Positions 51,617 through 61,401 are shown, counted from the stretch's first letter. The stretch is 64,000 nucleotides of DNA from an uncultured Chloroflexia bacterium (GCA_963819655.1 CAWFXA010000002.1:1664001-1728000); one strand, 5' to 3'. Notes: generated from the letters alone by a model not told the origin. Translations and numbers: made by a program.

Positions 51617-52249
51617 GTGAGCGTGCAATTCGACTTCGGCGCATTCATCGAGACCGTGAGAGCGGGCATCGGGATAATTCCGCCCGTGCTGATCGCGATC
51701 GCGTTGCTCGGCGGACCGACGCTTGGCTGGCTCCTCTATAGATTTGCGGTGCAGCCGCGCACCAGGCGCATGCGCGGACTGGACCCGGCGACGATGTGGG
51801 TGTGCCCCAGCTGCCGGTCCGTGAACGCGTTGCGCAACGCCCGCTGCTATCGGTGTGACTCGCCGCCCGTCGAAGAAGAGCTCGAGGTCATCCACACCGA
51901 ACCCGCGAGCCCGATCCGCCTGGCCCCAGTCGGGCCCGGCCTGAATCTCGGAGGGCCTGGTCAGGTCGCCGGTGATCCGCGACCCATCTCCCGGATCGAG
52001 CGAGCCCCCGAGGTCTGGGTCGAGGAAAGCGACGAATGGGAAGGCTGGCAGCAGGAGGAGTTCGAGGAGGACCGCGCGGCACTCCCCGACCTGGCCGCCA
52101 TGACCGAGGTCGTCGAAGCACCCGGCCGTCAACGCTCGCGACCAGGTGGACCGGTCCCCGTCGGACCGGGTCGCCCGGCCGTCGCTCCACCGCGTCGCGC
52201 CATCGCAGCAGGCGAGAGACCCGGTCCTGACGGCACGCCCGCGGCGTGA
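51617..52249 (+). CDS. Membrane-anchored protein with RanBP2-type zinc finger
   Basis: TM, then WVCPSCRSVNALRNARCYRC, then Pro/acidic tail. Confidence 0.7.
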   Translation: MSVQFDFGAFIETVRAGIGIIPPVLIAIALLGGPTLGWLLYRFAVQPRTRRMRGLDPATMWVCPSCRSVNALRNARCYRCDSPPVEEELEVIHTEPASPIRLAPVGPGLNLGGPGQVAGDPRPISRIERAPEVWVEESDEWEGWQQEEFEEDRAALPDLAAMTEVVEAPGRQRSRPGGPVPVGPGRPAVAPPRRAIAAGERPGPDGTPAA

Positions 52250-53928
52250 CGGACGGCCTACCGGCTCGGGCCGACGGCCCACCACAGGCCCCAGCACCAC
52301 TGGCCGACGGGCCACAACCCAGGGCTCGACACCGCGTCCTGATCGTCGGCGGCGGCTTCGGCGGCCTGTACGCTGCCCGGAACCTGCGGAGCGACCCCGA
52401 GGTCGCGGTCACCCTGCTCGACCGCAGGAACTTCCACCTGTTCCAGCCGATGCTGTATCAGGTCGCCACAGGCGCCCTGTCCCCGGGCGAGATCGCGCAG
52501 CCCCTGCGCTCGATCCTCGCCCGCCAGAGGAACGTGACGGTCATCCTCGGCGAAGCTGTCGGCATCGACGTCGACCGCCGCGAGGTCCAGCTCTCGGACG
52601 GCGGTCCGATCGCCTACGACACGCTGATCGTGGCGACCGGTGCACACCACACGTTCTTCGGGCACGACGACTGGGCCGCCCACGCCCAGGGGCTCAAGAC
52701 CATCGAGGACGCCATCGAGGTCCGACGGCGCATCCTCATCGCGTTCGAGGCCGCGGAACGGGAAGCTGATGCGGAACGGCGTCGCGAGTGGATGACCTTC
52801 GTGCTCGTCGGTGGCGGGCCGACAGGCGTCGAACTCGCAGGCTCGCTCGGCGAGATCGCGCGCGACACGCTCAAGCGCGATTTCCGGGCGATCGACCCGG
52901 CCGACGCCCGGATCATCCTCATCGAGGCGATGGACAGGGTCCTGCCGACGTTCCCGCCGGGCCGCTCGGCGTCTGCCAGGAAGCAGCTCGAGCGACTCGG
53001 GGTGACGGTTCGCGTCGGCACGACGGTCACGCACATCGATGAGGAGTCGGTGCGGCTCAGGCCTTCCGCCGACCGCAACGCCCCGGAGGAGACGATCCCG
53101 ACACGCACCGTCCTGTGGGGCGCCGGTGTCATCGCCTCATCGTTCGCGCGCAAGGTGGCCGACGCTGCCGGTGCGACGACCGATCGGAACGGGCGCGTCC
53201 TGGTCGAGCCCGACCTGACCGTGCCTGGGCATCCCGAGATCTTCGTGGTCGGCGATGCCGCCGTGCAGCCCTGGAAACCCGGGCGGCCGACACCCGGCGT
53301 CGCACAGGGCGGTATCCAGGGCGGCTCGTATGCCGCCAAGGTCATCCGGCGGCGCATCCTCGGCCGCCCGTGGGAGCCATTCCGTTACAGCAACCATGGC
53401 GACGTGGCGGTCATCGGCCGGCTGTCCGGGGTCACCGACATCCCGTGGATGGGCCCGTTCGGACAGCAGGGCGGCTTCACGGCCTGGCTGCTGTGGCTGG
53501 GCATCCATATCGCTTACCTGATCGGCTTTGCCAATCGGATCGTCGTGCTGGTGCGGTGGGCGTGGTCGTTCATGACCCACGGCCGCGGCACGCGCCTCAT
53601 CACCGGCGGCCCGCTGCTACCCCCGATCGAGGAGCCCGAGCCCCCCGTGATGGCGCCGCCAGACGGTGATGTGGACCTGGTCGTCGCACCCTTGGGGCGT
53701 TCGGAGCCGCTGCAGTTGCAGTCGAAGCGATCCGAGCCCGAAGAGTCCGCCTCCACGTATCCAAACCCCGACTCGACGGACTCCAACCCCCCGGACGCCA
53801 TTCCGTCGGACGACGAGCGCTCGGACTCAGAGCAGCCCCACAAGAAACAACCCGGCAAGAAACAACCCGGCAAGAAACAGCCCGGCAAGAAACCGCAGGG
53901 CAAGGAGCAGTCCCGCTCCAAACGTTGA
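52246..53928 (+). CDS. ndh: Type II NADH dehydrogenase-like FAD oxidoreductase with long disordered tail
   Basis: GGGFGG, FQPMLYQVATG, GGGPTGVELAG, WGAG, GD. Confidence 0.9.
   Translation: MTDGLPARADGPPQAPAPLADGPQPRARHRVLIVGGGFGGLYAARNLRSDPEVAVTLLDRRNFHLFQPMLYQVATGALSPGEIAQPLRSILARQRNVTVILGEAVGIDVDRREVQLSDGGPIAYDTLIVATGAHHTFFGHDDWAAHAQGLKTIEDAIEVRRRILIAFEAAEREADAERRREWMTFVLVGGGPTGVELAGSLGEIARDTLKRDFRAIDPADARIILIEAMDRVLPTFPPGRSASARKQLERLGVTVRVGTTVTHIDEESVRLRPSADRNAPEETIPTRTVLWGAGVIASSFARKVADAAGATTDRNGRVLVEPDLTVPGHPEIFVVGDAAVQPWKPGRPTPGVAQGGIQGGSYAAKVIRRRILGRPWEPFRYSNHGDVAVIGRLSGVTDIPWMGPFGQQGGFTAWLLWLGIHIAYLIGFANRIVVLVRWAWSFMTHGRGTRLITGGPLLPPIEEPEPPVMAPPDGDVDLVVAPLGRSEPLQLQSKRSEPEESASTYPNPDSTDSNPPDAIPSDDERSDSEQPHKKQPGKKQPGKKQPGKKPQGKEQSRSKR
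53839..53913 (+). repeat. 15-bp tandem repeat encoding KKQPG, about five copies
   Basis: caagaaacaacccgg x2, caagaaacagcccgg, then two degenerate copies. Confidence 0.9.
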
Positions 53929-54140
53929 TGTCCATTTTCTGCGCCGGCGTCGACCACCCCTTGCTGATGCGCATGGGCCGCATCAACCGCGGTCAACCCG
54001 CGCGATGCCGGAGTCAATCAACGCGGAGTGGATGCGTGAGGATGTCGCCCGGAGGAAGTGAACGCGGTCTTCACGCGCGTTGATGCGGCCGGTGCGCATC
54101 AACGAACAAAGGTCCGGTCGGACGTGGAATATGTGCATCA
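53926..54140. repeat. Repeat family C: inverted pair of 60-bp units (53926-53985, 54081-54140)
   Basis: Each unit is bounded by tgatg...catca and contains a tgatgc-N9-gcatca hairpin. Confidence 0.85.
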
Positions 54141-54174
54141 GGGCGAGGCGACGGAGCTGCAGAGGAGAGGCCGG

Positions 54175-55269
54175 TCAGAACGTGATGACCTGCCGGACGT
54201 AGCGGCCCGCTCGCATCGCCACAAAGGCATCTTCGATGTCGTCGAGGGCGATCCGCCGGTCGATCAGGCGATCCACCGGCAGTCGACCCGAGACCACCCA
54301 CGAGGCGTAACGCGGAAAATCGACCGCCGGCTCTGCAAAGCCATAGTTGGAGCCCAGGATCCGGCGCGAGCCGTCGACGAACGGGTAGACCTCGAACGAG
54401 GCACGCTCCCCGATCGGGGTCATGCCAACCAGCACGGCGGTCCCGCCCACAGGCAGAGCGGCGATGGCAAGCTCGGCGGTCGATGACCGGCCGATCGCTT
54501 CGAAGACGAAATCGGGACCACCGTCGGTCAGCTCGCGCAGCGCCTCGACCGTGGCCGCGGCATCGTCATCGGCGAGCAGCCCGTTCGTGGCCCCGACCGA
54601 TCGCGCGACATCCAGCTTCGATGCCACGCGGTCGATAGCAACGATCTGCGACGCACCCGCGATGACCGCACCCATCACGCACGACAGCCCGACGCCGCCC
54701 AGGCCGATCACGGCGACCGACGATCCCGTGGGCACGTTCGCGGTCTTGAGGACGGCCCCGACGCCCGTCGTCACGCAACAGCCGATCAGCGCGGCCGTCG
54801 CCGGATCGACGCCGTCGGGGAGGGGTATCGCGGCGGCGGCCGGCACGACGGATGCCTCGGCCATGGTCCCGATCGCACAGTAGGACCGGACGCCACGGAA
54901 CGCCGTCTCACCGTCCAGCAGCGTGTGCCGATACGACGGGGAGTCGGGACATGCCCAGATCTGCCCGCGGCGGCACGAGCGACACACACCGCAGGGGATC
55001 AGCCACGACAGCGCAACGAGCTGGCCGACACGGGGCGTGGTCACGCCCGGACCGACGGCCTCGACGATCCCCGCCCCTTCGTGGCCCATGACGATCGGGG
55101 TCGGTCGATCCCACTCGCCGTCGCGGACGTGGAGGTCGGAGTGGCACACACCGGACGCCAGCATCCGGACGCGGACCTCCCCGGCGCGCTGATCGATCAG
55201 CTCGAGCTCCCGAACGACGGCCGGTCGACCGACCTCCTCGAGCACGACGGCACGGACCACAGACGTCAT
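54175..55269 (-). CDS. Zinc-dependent alcohol dehydrogenase (MDR family)
   Basis: GVCHSDLH, GHEGAG, C..C..C...C, GCCVTTG, GLGGVG. Confidence 0.94.
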   Translation of the reverse strand: MTSVVRAVVLEEVGRPAVVRELELIDQRAGEVRVRMLASGVCHSDLHVRDGEWDRPTPIVMGHEGAGIVEAVGPGVTTPRVGQLVALSWLIPCGVCRSCRRGQIWACPDSPSYRHTLLDGETAFRGVRSYCAIGTMAEASVVPAAAAIPLPDGVDPATAALIGCCVTTGVGAVLKTANVPTGSSVAVIGLGGVGLSCVMGAVIAGASQIVAIDRVASKLDVARSVGATNGLLADDDAAATVEALRELTDGGPDFVFEAIGRSSTAELAIAALPVGGTAVLVGMTPIGERASFEVYPFVDGSRRILGSNYGFAEPAVDFPRYASWVVSGRLPVDRLIDRRIALDDIEDAFVAMRAGRYVRQVITF

Positions 55270-55345
55270 GTCTCGCTCGACCGACGCCGCTCGGCGGGGC
55301 GAGCCGGCACATACAGGGGGCGCACAGCGCCAGTATCGTTGGGCG

Positions 55346-56197
55346 ATGGACCCCTTGCCCCCCGGTTTTCGCTGGCCCGACGGCATTCGCGCGGCCGCCA
55401 TGTTCACGTTCGATGTCGACGCCGAGGCGGTCATGTTGACCGACCACCCCGAAGTCATCGACTACCTCGATGTCATCGGACATCAAAGGTATGGGCCGCA
55501 GGTCGCCGTACCCCGCTTGTTGCGCCTGCTCGACCGCCGGAAGCTGCGCACGACGTTCTTCGTCCCGGGCTGGGTTGCCGAGACGTGGCCGGCGGTGGCG
55601 CGGTCGATCCGCGATGCCGGCCACGAGATCGGCCACCACGGCTACATGCACGAGAGCGTGCGCGGCAAGGACGAGGCGACCGAAGAGGGCTACCTCGTGC
55701 GCGGCCTCGAAGCGCTCGACTCCGTGCTGGGCATCAGGCCCATCGGGTATCGACCGCCGTCGTGCGACATGAACTTCCGGACCCCTGCCCTGTTGGCTCG
55801 GCACGGCTTTGCGTACGACTCCGGGATGATGGATTCGGATCATCCGTACCGCTGGGCGTCGGGCCTGATCGAGTTGCCGATGCATTGGAGCCTTGACGAC
55901 TGGAACCGATACAACTACGTGCCCGGCTATGCGTCGTCGCCGATCATGCGTCCGAGCGAGGTCTGCGACGGCTGGGCCGAGGAGCTCGATGCGATCGCCG
56001 AGGTCGGTGGCTTGTTCGACCTGACGATGCACCCGTTCATCAGCGGGCGACCGGCACGTGCCGCGGCGCTCGAGCGGCTGATCGAGCGAGCCCAGTCGTT
56101 GGACGGCGTGTGGGTGGCCGCCGGCGACGAGATCGCCGCGTGGGTCGCGGGGCTGGACTTGCAAGGGGTCGTGCACGAGCCACCGGTCGTCGGATAG
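55346..56197 (+). CDS. Polysaccharide deacetylase (CE4, PuuE/HpPgdA-like)
   Basis: FTFDVD, TFFVPG, HEIGHHGY.H, GYRPP, YDS, TMHP. Confidence 0.9.
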   Translation: MDPLPPGFRWPDGIRAAAMFTFDVDAEAVMLTDHPEVIDYLDVIGHQRYGPQVAVPRLLRLLDRRKLRTTFFVPGWVAETWPAVARSIRDAGHEIGHHGYMHESVRGKDEATEEGYLVRGLEALDSVLGIRPIGYRPPSCDMNFRTPALLARHGFAYDSGMMDSDHPYRWASGLIELPMHWSLDDWNRYNYVPGYASSPIMRPSEVCDGWAEELDAIAEVGGLFDLTMHPFISGRPARAAALERLIERAQSLDGVWVAAGDEIAAWVAGLDLQGVVHEPPVVG

Positions 56198-56215
56198 CGG
56201 GCGGCGGTCGATCGC

Positions 56216-56283
56216 GGCCGTGGATACCGGCCGTGGACCCAGGCCGTGGACCCCGGCCGTGGACCCCGGCCGTGGACCCCGGC
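56216..56283 (+). repeat. 13-bp tandem repeat, five copies
   Basis: ggccgtggacccc units (first two with single variants). Confidence 0.92.
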
Positions 56284-56285
56284 GC

Positions 56286-56637
56286 TGATGCATATTTCCG
56301 GCCGCAGACTCGACTTCTTCGTGGAGATGCGCATGGCCCGCATCACCAACGGATGAGGTGGGCACCGGGGACGAGGTGGCCACCGGCCCAGCGGCCCCTG
56401 ATGCGGCCAGTGCGCAGCAGTCGGCGACCGGCGGAGGCGGCACGGGCGCAGCAGCCGCTCTGATGCGGCCCATGCGCATCAGCAGACGATCGGCGACGGA
56501 GCGCCGCCGAATATGCATCAGCCTGGCCGCTTGGAGCGGCTCTAATGCGGCCCATGCGCATCAGCAGACGATCGGCGACGGAGCGCCGCCGAATATGCAT
56601 CAGCCGGCCGGCGACGCAGCGCGCCGAATATGCATCA
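56286..56637. repeat. Repeat family C cluster: 60-bp units at 56286-56345 (reverse), 56461-56520 and 56543-56602, plus degenerate/half units
   Basis: tgatgcggcccatgcgcatca...gaatatgcatca; last catca supplies the cupredoxin stop codon. Confidence 0.9.
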
Positions 56638-57087
56638 GCCGGCCGGCAGCACCCGCAACACGCCCACCATCCCGTAGGCCTCGTGACCCGGGAGGTGGCA
56701 GATGAACCGGTACGCCCCGGGTGTGTCGAACACAACGGTCGTCGTCGCCCGCGTCCCAGCCGGCAGCGTGACCTCGGTCGGGCGCAGGCCGTGCTGGGGC
56801 TCCGTGCCCGTTCGATGGCGCTCGTGGAACGCCTCGTCGCCGACGAGCCACTCGTGGTCGATCGGGTCGGTGTTGACCAGCGTGACCGTGATCGGGACAC
56901 CGGCCGTGGCGACCACCTCGGTCGGCCTGAATGCAGAGAAATGGATATCGATCCGGGCCGTGGTCGTGGCCCGGTCCAGGCCCGGTGCCCGGACCCACGC
57001 CGCAGCGATGCCGGCCAGTCCCAGCGACAGAGCGATCCCGCCGAACAGGGCGAGACGCCCTGGCCGGCGGGTCAATCGCGGATCCAT
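56635..57087 (-). CDS. Exported cupredoxin (type 1 copper)
   Basis: N-terminal hydrophobic anchor; HEW; FICHLPGHEAYGM ligand loop. Confidence 0.88.
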   Translation of the reverse strand: MDPRLTRRPGRLALFGGIALSLGLAGIAAAWVRAPGLDRATTTARIDIHFSAFRPTEVVATAGVPITVTLVNTDPIDHEWLVGDEAFHERHRTGTEPQHGLRPTEVTLPAGTRATTTVVFDTPGAYRFICHLPGHEAYGMVGVLRVLPAG

Positions 57088-58157
57088 CAGGCGGGTCGGA
57101 GGCCCGACCCCATCTGGTGCCGTGCGATCAGCACGAGGATGCCCCCGATGCCGACCGTCACGAAGGACACGCCCGCGAACCAGCGGAGGGCGGCCATCAT
57201 GGTCGGGTCGGTGGCGCCCGGAAGGTCAAGGCCGGCTGCGACACGAGACGGCGCGCCGGCACCGGAGGCATCGACCGCGAGGTCGTAGCCGAACTGCGGC
57301 GCGGTCCCATCGAGCGCGATCTTGGTCAGCCATGCCTTGTCGGGCACCCACTCCATACCGCGGTCGGACCGCAGATCGGAGAGCAGCCCATCGTTTGCGG
57401 CGGCCGAGTGCTCGAGCGTCATCCCGTTGAAGCCGTCCGGGTGCGGCAGCATCGCCGGGGCCCGATCGGTCAACAGGTACACGTCCGCCTCGACGACCTC
57501 GCTCTCGCCCTTGCCGAGGGCCAGGATGCGGAGCGGCACCCAGGGATTCTCGGTCGGGATCGTGATGTGGACCGGCGTCCCATCGCCGACGTTCTGGCCG
57601 CGGGCCGCGGCCGCCTCGCCGTCGAACGCGGCCGCGAGGAAGATCTGGCTGCGCTGCGCGTAGAACTCGAGGACTTCGGGCGCGTCGGGCGGGAGGCGGA
57701 AGCCGTGATCCGTCGCCCACGTCCCGACCTCGGCGGCACCGCCGCGCAGGACCGTGATGTCGAGCGCGTCGATCGTGACTTCCATGAGGACCTCGGCGCT
57801 CGCCGCAGGGACCGCCGCACCTAGCGAGAAGAGGGCTGCATCACGGCTCACCGGATCGGTCTCGCGGAGGAGGCGCTGGAGCGTCCAGTCCCCGCCCTTC
57901 TCGACACTCGTCGGTATGCCGGGGAGTGGCGTCAGGCTGCCGAAGGAGCCCCCGCCGCCGGCGAATTCGAACGAGGTCACATAGTGCTCGACCCCGTCGT
58001 GGTAGCCCGCGAACGTCGTCGTTCGCAGGAGGTTGACCGCCCCGTTGGGACCGATGAGCCCGCCGCAGGCTAGAGCGGGGGCCGCGCTGAAGGCGACCAG
58101 GAGAAGGCCGGCGACGAGGGCGATGGTCCGCCTGCTGGCCCGGGTGATCGATCGCAT
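57087..58157 (-). CDS. DUF2330-like exported protein with C-terminal TM
   Basis: GGAGG RBS, signal peptide ending ALA-CGG, PWVPLRIL; family assignment from recall. Confidence 0.7.
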   Translation of the reverse strand: MRSITRASRRTIALVAGLLLVAFSAAPALACGGLIGPNGAVNLLRTTTFAGYHDGVEHYVTSFEFAGGGGSFGSLTPLPGIPTSVEKGGDWTLQRLLRETDPVSRDAALFSLGAAVPAASAEVLMEVTIDALDITVLRGGAAEVGTWATDHGFRLPPDAPEVLEFYAQRSQIFLAAAFDGEAAAARGQNVGDGTPVHITIPTENPWVPLRILALGKGESEVVEADVYLLTDRAPAMLPHPDGFNGMTLEHSAAANDGLLSDLRSDRGMEWVPDKAWLTKIALDGTAPQFGYDLAVDASGAGAPSRVAAGLDLPGATDPTMMAALRWFAGVSFVTVGIGGILVLIARHQMGSGLRPA

Positions 58158-58224
58158 CGAACGATCCTCCTGTGGAACGGCCAGCCCTCGAAGCATCTTG
58201 GGGTCCGGTCCGTTTGGGGTGAGA

Positions 58225-58265
58225 CTCCGGAACGTCCGCGGATGTTCCGCGGACGTGTGCCGGAG
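58225..58265. terminator. Strong hairpin downstream of the PadR operon
   Basis: acgtccgcgga-tgt-tccgcggacgt with flanking ctccgg/ccggag. Confidence 0.5.
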
Positions 58266-58285
58266 CGCACCTCCCGGTCGAGTCG

Positions 58286-59281
58286 TCAGCGGCGGGACGC
58301 CGCGTACGCCTTGCGAAAGCCATCGATGGCGTCCCAGGCGACGATCGCGACGACGGTCACCGCGATGACGATGCCCGTGACATCCAGCCAGGTGCCGCCC
58401 GTCGCCGACCCGACCGCCGACACGAGGGCCGGGTTGAACAGCAGATCGTTCTGGAGCAGCCACACGGCCGGGATGGCGAACGCCGCGCCTAGCACCGCGT
58501 TGATCGTCGCGAAGCCCCATGTCCAGCGACGGCGCAGGTACAGCGCGATCGTGAACCCGATCTCCAGCAAGGTGACGATGAGGAAGTAGGGCAGCCAGAA
58601 CGACCAGAGGGCGGGGTCGAACAGCGGGAAGGACTGGCCGTCGACCACGATCGGCGGTTGCAGCTGGACCCACAGGATGGCGGCGACCACGAACACGTTC
58701 GCGGCGACCGTGCTGGCGGCCTCGAGGATGCCGATGCGGCCGTCGTCGGGCAACTCCGGCAGGTCGTCGACGCTCCATGGCTTGCTCTTGATCGCGTTGG
58801 GGCTGGTCGCCCGCTCGATCACCGCGAAGACCAGGGTCACCCAGAAGAGCGTCTGGAGGGTGACCGTGATGGCCGTCCCGATTCCGGCCGTGATCGCCTG
58901 GCCGACCGTGTTGCCGGACAGCAGGTTGGCCGCGAGGACGACGATCGACACGATCGGCACGACGATCGGCAGGATGAGCGTCAGGAGACGCCGCCACTCG
59001 GGGAAGAAGGTCGGGCCGATGAGGTAGTTCGGCTGCTCGGAGTACCGCGCGGCAAGGAGCCCCGGATCGCCGAGCTCGGCCAGGGCCGCGCGCTCCGCGG
59101 CCTCCGTGGCCTCGGCGGCATCTCCGGTTGGTGCCGATCCTCCGTCGGGTGACGGTTGCCCGTTCCGTGCCTCGATCGCGTCGGCAACGAGGGCTCGGAT
59201 CTCGGGCTCCAGCTCGGTCCGTTGGGAGCGTGGCACCGCGCGGAGCACGGCCCACACGTAACGGTCGGTCAGGGCGGTCAT
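58286..59281 (-). CDS. Membrane protein with N-terminal HAAS/permease-prefix-like domain
   Basis: TDRYV.AV...ALAELGDP..LA..Y...LIGP, multiple TMs; coupled to padR. Confidence 0.8.
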   Translation of the reverse strand: MTALTDRYVWAVLRAVPRSQRTELEPEIRALVADAIEARNGQPSPDGGSAPTGDAAEATEAAERAALAELGDPGLLAARYSEQPNYLIGPTFFPEWRRLLTLILPIVVPIVSIVVLAANLLSGNTVGQAITAGIGTAITVTLQTLFWVTLVFAVIERATSPNAIKSKPWSVDDLPELPDDGRIGILEAASTVAANVFVVAAILWVQLQPPIVVDGQSFPLFDPALWSFWLPYFLIVTLLEIGFTIALYLRRRWTWGFATINAVLGAAFAIPAVWLLQNDLLFNPALVSAVGSATGGTWLDVTGIVIAVTVVAIVAWDAIDGFRKAYAASRR

Positions 59282-59619
59282 CGTTGATCTCCTTGGTCAA
59301 GGGCGCGGATCGAGGCATCGAGCCGCTTCCAGTCGTCGAGGAGCTCCGCGGCGAAACGGTCGCCGTCGGAGCTGGTCCGATAGAACTTGCGCGGCCGGGA
59401 CTCCTCGGTGTTCCACTCGCTGGTCAGCACACCCTGCGACTCCAGGCGCCGGAGGAGCGGGTAGAGCGTGTTGGCATCGACGCTGAACCCGAGGTCGCGC
59501 AACCGGTCGAGCAGCGCGTAGCCGTAGCCCGGTCGACGGAGCAGGAGCAGGCATGCGAGCACGACCGTGCCGCGTCGCAGTTCCTGTCGTCCGCCGGCCA
59601 GGAGTTCGGTGAGGTCCAT
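59278..59619 (-). CDS. PadR family transcriptional regulator
   Basis: ELRRG...L, YGY, TLYPLLRRLE..G, RPRKFY. Confidence 0.93.
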   Translation of the reverse strand: MDLTELLAGGRQELRRGTVVLACLLLLRRPGYGYALLDRLRDLGFSVDANTLYPLLRRLESQGVLTSEWNTEESRPRKFYRTSSDGDRFAAELLDDWKRLDASIRALDQGDQR

Positions 59620-59626
59620 GTCCGGC

Positions 59627-59655
59627 ACTATAGTGTGTGTCACACACTATTGCAA
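59627..59655 (-). promoter_or_regulatory. padR promoter with perfect palindromic operator
   Basis: TTGCAA-17 nt-TATAGT on minus strand; atagtgtgtg-t-cacacactat at 59630-59650. Confidence 0.8.
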
Positions 59656-59755
59656 GTGGCACACCACCTTCGCGCCCGAGCGCTGGCGGTCCCGGCGCGG
59701 GCTAGGTCCATCGCGGGGGTGACGTGGCGTTGGTCGACCCGTCAGACTGGCCGCC

Positions 59756-61330
59756 ATGCGCGCCATTCCCGCCGCCCTTGCCGGTCTCCTGCTGCTCGCC
59801 ACTGCTGCGCCCGTCGCCGCTGGGTTCCCCTCGAAGGACGCCCGGTACCACGACTACGCCGAGATGGTGGCCGAGCTCAACAAGGCGGTCGTCGACCATC
59901 CCGCGATCGTGCAGAAGTTCTCGATCGGCGAGAGCTACCAGCACCGCCAGATCTGGGCCGCGAAGATCTCGGACAACGTCGCGACCGACGAGAACGAGCC
60001 CGAAGTCCTCATCGATGCCCTGCATCATGCCCGCGAACACCTGACCGTCGAGCAGGCACTGGCCGCGCTGCGCTGGCTATCAGACGGCTACCCGTCGAAC
60101 TCGACGGTCAAGAGGTTGGTCGACACCCGCGAGATCTTCATCGTGTTCATGGTCAACCCCGACGGCGGGGAGTACGACATCGCCGGTTCCACGTACCGAG
60201 CCTGGCGCAAGAACCGCCAGCCGAATGCTGGGACCACGAACGTCGGCACCGACCTCAATCGTAACTACGACTACCACTGGGGCTGCTGCGGCGGGTCGTC
60301 CGGTGCGAAGTCCTCGAGTACGTACCGCGGCCCGAGGGCCTTCTCCGCGCCAGAGACGCGGGCCATGCGCGACTTCATCAACAGCCGCGTGGTCGGTGGC
60401 CGCCAGCAGATCAAGGCCGCGATCACGTTGCACACGGCAGGCGAGCAAGTGCTATGGCCGTATGGCTACACCAGGGCCGACGTCCCGGCCGACATGACCG
60501 CCGATGACCAGGCGGCGCTGCGCACGATAGGTGGACGGCTGGCCGGCAAGAACGGCTACACGCCGATGCAGTCGAGCTCGCTGTACATCACCGACGGCGA
60601 CGAGATCGACTGGGCCTATGGGCGCCACCGGATCTTCATGTACACGTTCGAGCTGTACCCGCGAGGGGTCACCTCGCTGAGCCGGTTCTACCCGCCGGAC
60701 GAGGTGATCGGCCGCGAGACCGAGCGGAACAAGTCGGCGATCCTGTACCTGATCGACGTCGCCGGCTGCCTGTACGCGCCGATCGGCAAGACCCAGACCC
60801 ACTGCGGCCCGCTCAACGACGACTTCGAGGTGAGCCGCGGCTGGGCGGTCGACCCGCTCGGCACCGATACCGCGACTGGTGGTGTCTGGCAGCGCCTCAA
60901 CCCCGCCGGGACGAACTACCAGGCGAATACGGTCACGTCCGGATCGATCGCGCTCGTGACGGGCGCTGCGGCCGGGTCGACGTCGAGCGCCAACGACGTC
61001 GATGGGGGCGCCACCTCGGTCCGCTCACCGGAGATCGCGCTGCCGAGCGCGGTCGGGCGGCTGACCTTCCGCTATTACCTCGCGCATGCCTCGAACGCGA
61101 GCGCCGCGGACACCTTCCAGGCATTCGTCGAGGAGTCGGATGGGACGCGCACGCTGGTCCGCGCCGAGGCCGGTGCCGCGAACACCGACCGCGCGGCGTG
61201 GGCCTCGACATCGGTGCCGCTGACGCCATGGGCCGGTCAGACGGTCCGGATCGTGTTCGTGGCGACCGACGGCGGCCCCGATTCGCTGGTCGAGGCCGCG
61301 GTCGACGACGTGAGGATCACCCGACCATAG
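59756..61330 (+). CDS. Secreted M14 zinc carboxypeptidase (carboxypeptidase T-like) with C-terminal beta domain
   Basis: HHARE, VNPDG, WRKNR, DLNRN, FSAPET, TLHT, FEL. Confidence 0.93.
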   Translation: MRAIPAALAGLLLLATAAPVAAGFPSKDARYHDYAEMVAELNKAVVDHPAIVQKFSIGESYQHRQIWAAKISDNVATDENEPEVLIDALHHAREHLTVEQALAALRWLSDGYPSNSTVKRLVDTREIFIVFMVNPDGGEYDIAGSTYRAWRKNRQPNAGTTNVGTDLNRNYDYHWGCCGGSSGAKSSSTYRGPRAFSAPETRAMRDFINSRVVGGRQQIKAAITLHTAGEQVLWPYGYTRADVPADMTADDQAALRTIGGRLAGKNGYTPMQSSSLYITDGDEIDWAYGRHRIFMYTFELYPRGVTSLSRFYPPDEVIGRETERNKSAILYLIDVAGCLYAPIGKTQTHCGPLNDDFEVSRGWAVDPLGTDTATGGVWQRLNPAGTNYQANTVTSGSIALVTGAAAGSTSSANDVDGGATSVRSPEIALPSAVGRLTFRYYLAHASNASAADTFQAFVEESDGTRTLVRAEAGAANTDRAAWASTSVPLTPWAGQTVRIVFVATDGGPDSLVEAAVDDVRITRP

Positions 61331-61401
61331 GCGCGTCGCGAAGGGGCTCGCGCGCCGGGCCCAGGGCGCTCGGACCCTGGGGCACCGGCGCTCGAACCGG
61401 T

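Noticed and set aside
53926-54140. 60-bp units as integron attC (59-base) sites
   Set aside because: They lack the RYYYAAC...GTTRRRY ends, flanking genes are not a same-strand cassette array, and no integrase is present.
56286-56637. Family C cluster as a CRISPR array
   Set aside because: Mixed orientations, two identical middles, irregular spacing and no cas genes in the window.
57087-59318. 743-aa minus ORF as a single protein
   Set aside because: Its first half overlaps the HAAS-like gene in another frame; the real gene starts at 58157 with RBS and signal peptide.
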